This document shows, piece after piece, positions 50,938 through 54,529 of a stretch of DNA of 54,529 nucleotides. The position numbers were made by a program, and so were the translations under genes. The DNA is from Comamonadaceae bacterium (GTDB lineage Bacteria > Pseudomonadota > Gammaproteobacteria > Burkholderiales > Burkholderiaceae_C), in the NCBI GenBank assembly GCA_947450005.1, contig CANFTU010000001.1, forward strand, positions 1 through 54,529, in the 5' to 3' direction. Position 1 is the stretch's first letter; every line of letters starts with the position of its first letter. Below the pieces are notes generated by a model. That model worked only from the letters and a program-made list of their open reading frames with translations, searched no databases and had not been told where the DNA came from.

Positions 50938-51564
50938 ATGGACCTTCTTTTTCTGCTCGCCTTTGTCGCGGCGATTGCCGCCCAGTGGCGCAAAGCCCAG
51001 GAACACCGCCAACGCGTGCACTTTCTGGCGGGCTATTTGCGCAGCTACCAGATTGAAAAGCTCATGGAAACCCTGTCCACGGGTTATCTGCGCGCGCTGG
51101 GCGAGAAAGATCCGGAGCGGGCGCAAAGCGTGTGGAATACCCTGGCCTTGTCCGAGGGGCAGCTTGATGAGCAGTTCAAGCGATTTGCCAACGAGTTGAA
51201 TGGCGCGGACGAGGCGTCCAGCCGGGTCAGCCGCCTGGCCATGGACCTGCCGTTTGTGCGCCAGTGGTTTCCATCGACGACCTTTGACCTGCGCCGCCTG
51301 ATGCGCATCCACGCCCAGGGCATCTCCAGCACCTTGGGCAACGCCCGCCAACTCTCCCAGCGCGACCGCGCCTACCAACTCTGCGCCGAGATGTTTTTGA
51401 TGCAGCACAGCTGCCACTGGTTTTGCAACGCCCGCATGGTTGCTTCCGCCCGCCTACTGGCCCGGCACCAGACCCGCTATGACCAGGTGTTGGCGGGCGT
51501 GGGCGAGGGCACCCGCGCTGCTTACACCGCGCTGGTGGCGGGTTGGACGCCTACGCAGGGCTGA
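50938..51564 (+). CDS. Hypothetical membrane-anchored protein with QHSCHWFC motif
   Basis: Fills the gap between leuA and prmC; N-terminal TM; own -10 box (GATAAT). Confidence 0.75.
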   Translation: MDLLFLLAFVAAIAAQWRKAQEHRQRVHFLAGYLRSYQIEKLMETLSTGYLRALGEKDPERAQSVWNTLALSEGQLDEQFKRFANELNGADEASSRVSRLAMDLPFVRQWFPSTTFDLRRLMRIHAQGISSTLGNARQLSQRDRAYQLCAEMFLMQHSCHWFCNARMVASARLLARHQTRYDQVLAGVGEGTRAAYTALVAGWTPTQG

Positions 51565-52381
51565 ACCGGCCACCGGAGCATCGCTCCAGTCCCGCCAGGT
51601 CACGGCGGGTTTGCACCTCGTAAAAGCCGGATTGCGTTAACAGCGCGCACACAGCCTGTGCCTGCTCAAAACCATGCTCCAGCAATAGCCAGCCACCAGG
51701 GTGCAGATGGCTCGGTGCGCCGGCGATGATGGTGCGGATGGCGTCCAGGCCATCCGAGCCGCTGCTCAAGGCCATGCCCGGTTCGTTGCGCAGTGCATCC
51801 AGATGCGGATCGCCTTCGGCAACATATGGCGGGTTGGAGACGATGGCATGGAAGCGGCCTTGCGCGCCCTGCAGCCAGTCGCCTTGCGAGAAACGCACCG
51901 GTAGTTTTAGGCGCTGCGCGTTGGCTTGCGCCACGGCGAGCGCATCGGCGCTGTAGTCCACCGCGTGCACCGCCCACAAACTGCGCTCGTGTTGCAGCGC
52001 CAGCGCCACAGCGCCGCTTCCGGTGCCCAAATCCAGCACCCGTTGCGGTGCGGGGGGCAGGGCCTGCAGCGCCCAGTCCACCAAGGTCTCGGTGTCGGCG
52101 CGGGGGTCGAGCACGCGGGCGTCGATGCACAGGTCCAGACCGTAAAAAGCCTTGCGGCCAGTGATGTAAGCCAAGGGTTCGCCGCGCAGCCGCCGCGCCA
52201 AAACAGAGTCCCACAGCGCGCGTTGCGGCGGCGGCATCGCGTCGGTGTCGTGAGCGATCAGCCACGCGCGGCCTTGCGGGCCACGGCCACAGGCATGCAG
52301 CAGCAAAAGCTGTGCGTCCAGCCGGTGCAGGCCGCATGCCTGCGCCTGCGCCAGCGCGTGCGCTAGGGTCATGGTGCTCAT
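51551..52381 (-). CDS. prmC: Release factor glutamine methyltransferase
   Basis: GEPLAYI, PRADTE, LDLGTGSG, SNPPY, EHG. Confidence 0.96.
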   Translation of the reverse strand: MSTMTLAHALAQAQACGLHRLDAQLLLLHACGRGPQGRAWLIAHDTDAMPPPQRALWDSVLARRLRGEPLAYITGRKAFYGLDLCIDARVLDPRADTETLVDWALQALPPAPQRVLDLGTGSGAVALALQHERSLWAVHAVDYSADALAVAQANAQRLKLPVRFSQGDWLQGAQGRFHAIVSNPPYVAEGDPHLDALRNEPGMALSSGSDGLDAIRTIIAGAPSHLHPGGWLLLEHGFEQAQAVCALLTQSGFYEVQTRRDLAGLERCSGGRFSPA

Positions 52382-52394
52382 GTACGACCCGTTT

Positions 52395-53489
52395 TCAAGC
52401 CCCGACTTCGAGTGCGGCCAGTTGCTGCGCCGCCTCATAGGCTTGCAACGCCGAGACCACATCGCCCAGGTCGCCTTCCATGATGCCCAGCAGCTTGTAA
52501 AGCGTGAGGTTGATGCGGTGGTCGGTCAAGCGGCCTTGCGGAAAGTTGTAGGTGCGTATGCGGTCGCTGCGGTCGCCGGTGCCGACCAGGCTTTTGCGCT
52601 CGGCGGCATCCTTGGCGGCGCGCTCGCTGCGGTCTTTTTCCTGGATGCGCGCGGTCAGCACGCGCAGGGCCTGGGCTTTGTTGCTGTGCTGGCTGCGCCC
52701 GTCCTGGCATTCGGCGACGATGCCGGTAGGCAAGTGGGTGATCCGCACCGCCGAGTCGGTTTTGTTGATGTGCTGGCCGCCCGCACCGCTGGCGCGGTAG
52801 GTGTCAATGCGCAGATCGGCCGGATTGATCTTGATCGCTTCAGCCTCGTCCGGCTCGGCCAGCACGGCGACCGTGCAGGCGCTGGTGTGGATGCGACCCT
52901 GCGTTTCGGTGGCGGGTACGCGCTGCACGCGGTGGCCGCCGGATTCGAATTTCAGCGTCCCGTAGGCATTGTGCGCCTCGACCCGCATCACCACTTCTTT
53001 GTAGCCGCCAAGCTCACTGGCTGATTCGCTCACGATTTCAACCTTCCAGCCCAGGCTGTCGCAGTAGCGCGTGTACATGCGCAGCAAATCGCCCGCGAAC
53101 AAGGCCGATTCGTCACCGCCCGTGCCGGCGCGGATTTCGACGAAGGCGTTGCGCGCATCGTCGGGGTCTTTGGGCAGCAACATGCGCTGGAGCTCGGTCT
53201 CGAGTTCGGCCATCTCGGCGTTGGCGCTGTCCACCTCCTCCTGCGCCATGGCCTGCATGTCGGCGTCACCTGCGGCTTCGCGCAGCATCTCCTGGGCTGC
53301 TGCCAGATCCGATTCGCGCTGGCCGAAGCGCTGCCAGCGGCTGGCCACCGCCGCGACGTCGGTGTGCTCACGCGAGAGCGCCAAAAACTGCGGCATGTCT
53401 TGCATGATGTCCTCGCGGGACAGCAAAAATTCCAACTCCCCGAGACGGTCAGCGTATTTGGCGAGTTGTTGGCGCAAAAAAGGTTTCAT
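52395..53489 (-). CDS. prfA: Peptide chain release factor 1
   Basis: PAT anticodon motif (VPATE), [12 protein letters not shown]; hemA-prfA-prmC synteny. Confidence 0.98.
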   Translation of the reverse strand: MKPFLRQQLAKYADRLGELEFLLSREDIMQDMPQFLALSREHTDVAAVASRWQRFGQRESDLAAAQEMLREAAGDADMQAMAQEEVDSANAEMAELETELQRMLLPKDPDDARNAFVEIRAGTGGDESALFAGDLLRMYTRYCDSLGWKVEIVSESASELGGYKEVVMRVEAHNAYGTLKFESGGHRVQRVPATETQGRIHTSACTVAVLAEPDEAEAIKINPADLRIDTYRASGAGGQHINKTDSAVRITHLPTGIVAECQDGRSQHSNKAQALRVLTARIQEKDRSERAAKDAAERKSLVGTGDRSDRIRTYNFPQGRLTDHRINLTLYKLLGIMEGDLGDVVSALQAYEAAQQLAALEVGA

Positions 53490-53559
53490 AAAGAGAAATC
53501 AAACAGCAGCTACGGATGGTGCGCGGACAGGCGGCGCGCGGCGGGGTCGCGCAGGGTAG

Positions 53560-54529
53560 CTACTGCTCGGGGTCGGCTTCGTGGGCGTAGGAGGCCGATT
53601 GCGGCGCAGAAGCCCTGTTGCGTAAAAACAGGCGCTCAATCGCGGCGCTGGTATCGGCGCGTTCTTGCGCGTCACCGGCTTGCAACTGCTGGTACGCGCC
53701 ATGCAGCATTTTTTGTGTCAGGCCTTTGGAGAGGGCATCGAGCACGCTGCCCACGTCTTCACCACGCGCCAGCATTTTTTTGGCACGGGCGATTTCCGCG
53801 CCGCGCCAGGCTTCGGTCTGGTGGTTGAGTTGCTGGATCAGCGGCACGTGTGCGCGCTGGTCAACCCAGCGCATAAAGCTTTGCACGCCGGCGTCCACAA
53901 TGGCTTCGGCCTGGGCCACGGCGGACTGTCTGCTGGCCTGGGCGGTTTGCACCACGCCGGCCAGATCGTCCACCGTGTACAGGTAGACATCGCGCAGGGC
54001 TTTGACTTCCATTTCGATGTCGCGGGGCACGGCCAGATCGACCATGAACATAGGGCGGTTGCGGCGTTTTTTCAGGGCCCGCTCGACTGCACCCAGGCCA
54101 ATGATGGGCAGGGTGCTGGCGGTGCAGCTGATCACGGCATCAAACTCGTGCAGACGCTGGGGCAGATCTGCCAGCGGCATCACGCCCGCCCCGAAGCGCC
54201 GGGCCAGCGCCTCACCGCGCTCGATGCTGCGGTTGGCCACGGCCATACCTTTGGGGTTTTTCGCGGCGAAGTGGGTGGCACACAAGTCAATCATTTCCCC
54301 CGCGCCCACAAATAGCACCCGGATTTGGCCCAAGTCTTCAAACAGTTGTCCTGCCAATCGCACTGCAGCTGCCGCCATGCTGATCGAGTGCGCGCCGATG
54401 TCGGTGGTGCTGCGCACCTCTTTGGCCACCGTGAAGGAGCGCTGGAACAACTGCGACAAGGTGCTGCCCAGGGCGCCCGCCTCATCGGCTATGCGCACCG
54501 CGTCTTTGAGCTGCCCCAGAATTTGCGGC
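53560..54529 (-). CDS. hemA: Glutamyl-tRNA reductase, 5'-truncated by window edge
   Basis: PQILGQ at the window edge, [26 protein letters not shown]. Confidence 0.96.
   Translation of the reverse strand, partial: PQILGQLKDAVRIADEAGALGSTLSQLFQRSFTVAKEVRSTTDIGAHSISMAAAAVRLAGQLFEDLGQIRVLFVGAGEMIDLCATHFAAKNPKGMAVANRSIERGEALARRFGAGVMPLADLPQRLHEFDAVISCTASTLPIIGLGAVERALKKRRNRPMFMVDLAVPRDIEMEVKALRDVYLYTVDDLAGVVQTAQASRQSAVAQAEAIVDAGVQSFMRWVDQRAHVPLIQQLNHQTEAWRGAEIARAKKMLARGEDVGSVLDALSKGLTQKMLHGAYQQLQAGDAQERADTSAAIERLFLRNRASAPQSASYAHEADPEQ

Noticed and set aside
52395-53489. Possible programmed frameshift in the release factor
   Set aside because: This is RF1 (PAT motif) with a continuous frame; the frameshift is a feature of prfB

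Overview
GC-rich betaproteobacterial chromosomal window; gene content and order resemble Comamonadaceae (Rhodoferax/Curvibacter-like). It is almost entirely core housekeeping: acnB (5'-truncated), rpsP-rimM-trmD-rplS, Nudix, CobD/AmpE-like, rsgA-phhB-M48, orn, a DEAD-box helicase, guaC, uvrD, thrB, polA, ZIP plus an RND pump, Rieske-EamA-sulfurtransferase, xseB-ispA-dxs, a TRAP transporter, nhaD, an ABC exporter, miaA-mutL, leuA and prmC-prfA-hemA (5'-truncated). I saw no rRNA, tRNA, CRISPR array, IS element, prophage or defence system. The best candidate for something undescribed is a two-gene unit behind a correctly spaced Pho box: a secreted DUF3299-like protein with an acidic/His motif, followed by a PhoA-type alkaline phosphatase with an extra N-terminal domain. 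Other signals are structured 5' leaders (guaC, DEAD-box helicase, rplS, Rieske gene), a recurring leaderless promoter architecture that includes uvrD, polA and mutL, an orphan ParA, a motif shared by both TRAP promoters, and an AT-rich regulatory patch before leuA. All functional assignments come from motif recognition by eye; no searches or folding programs were run.
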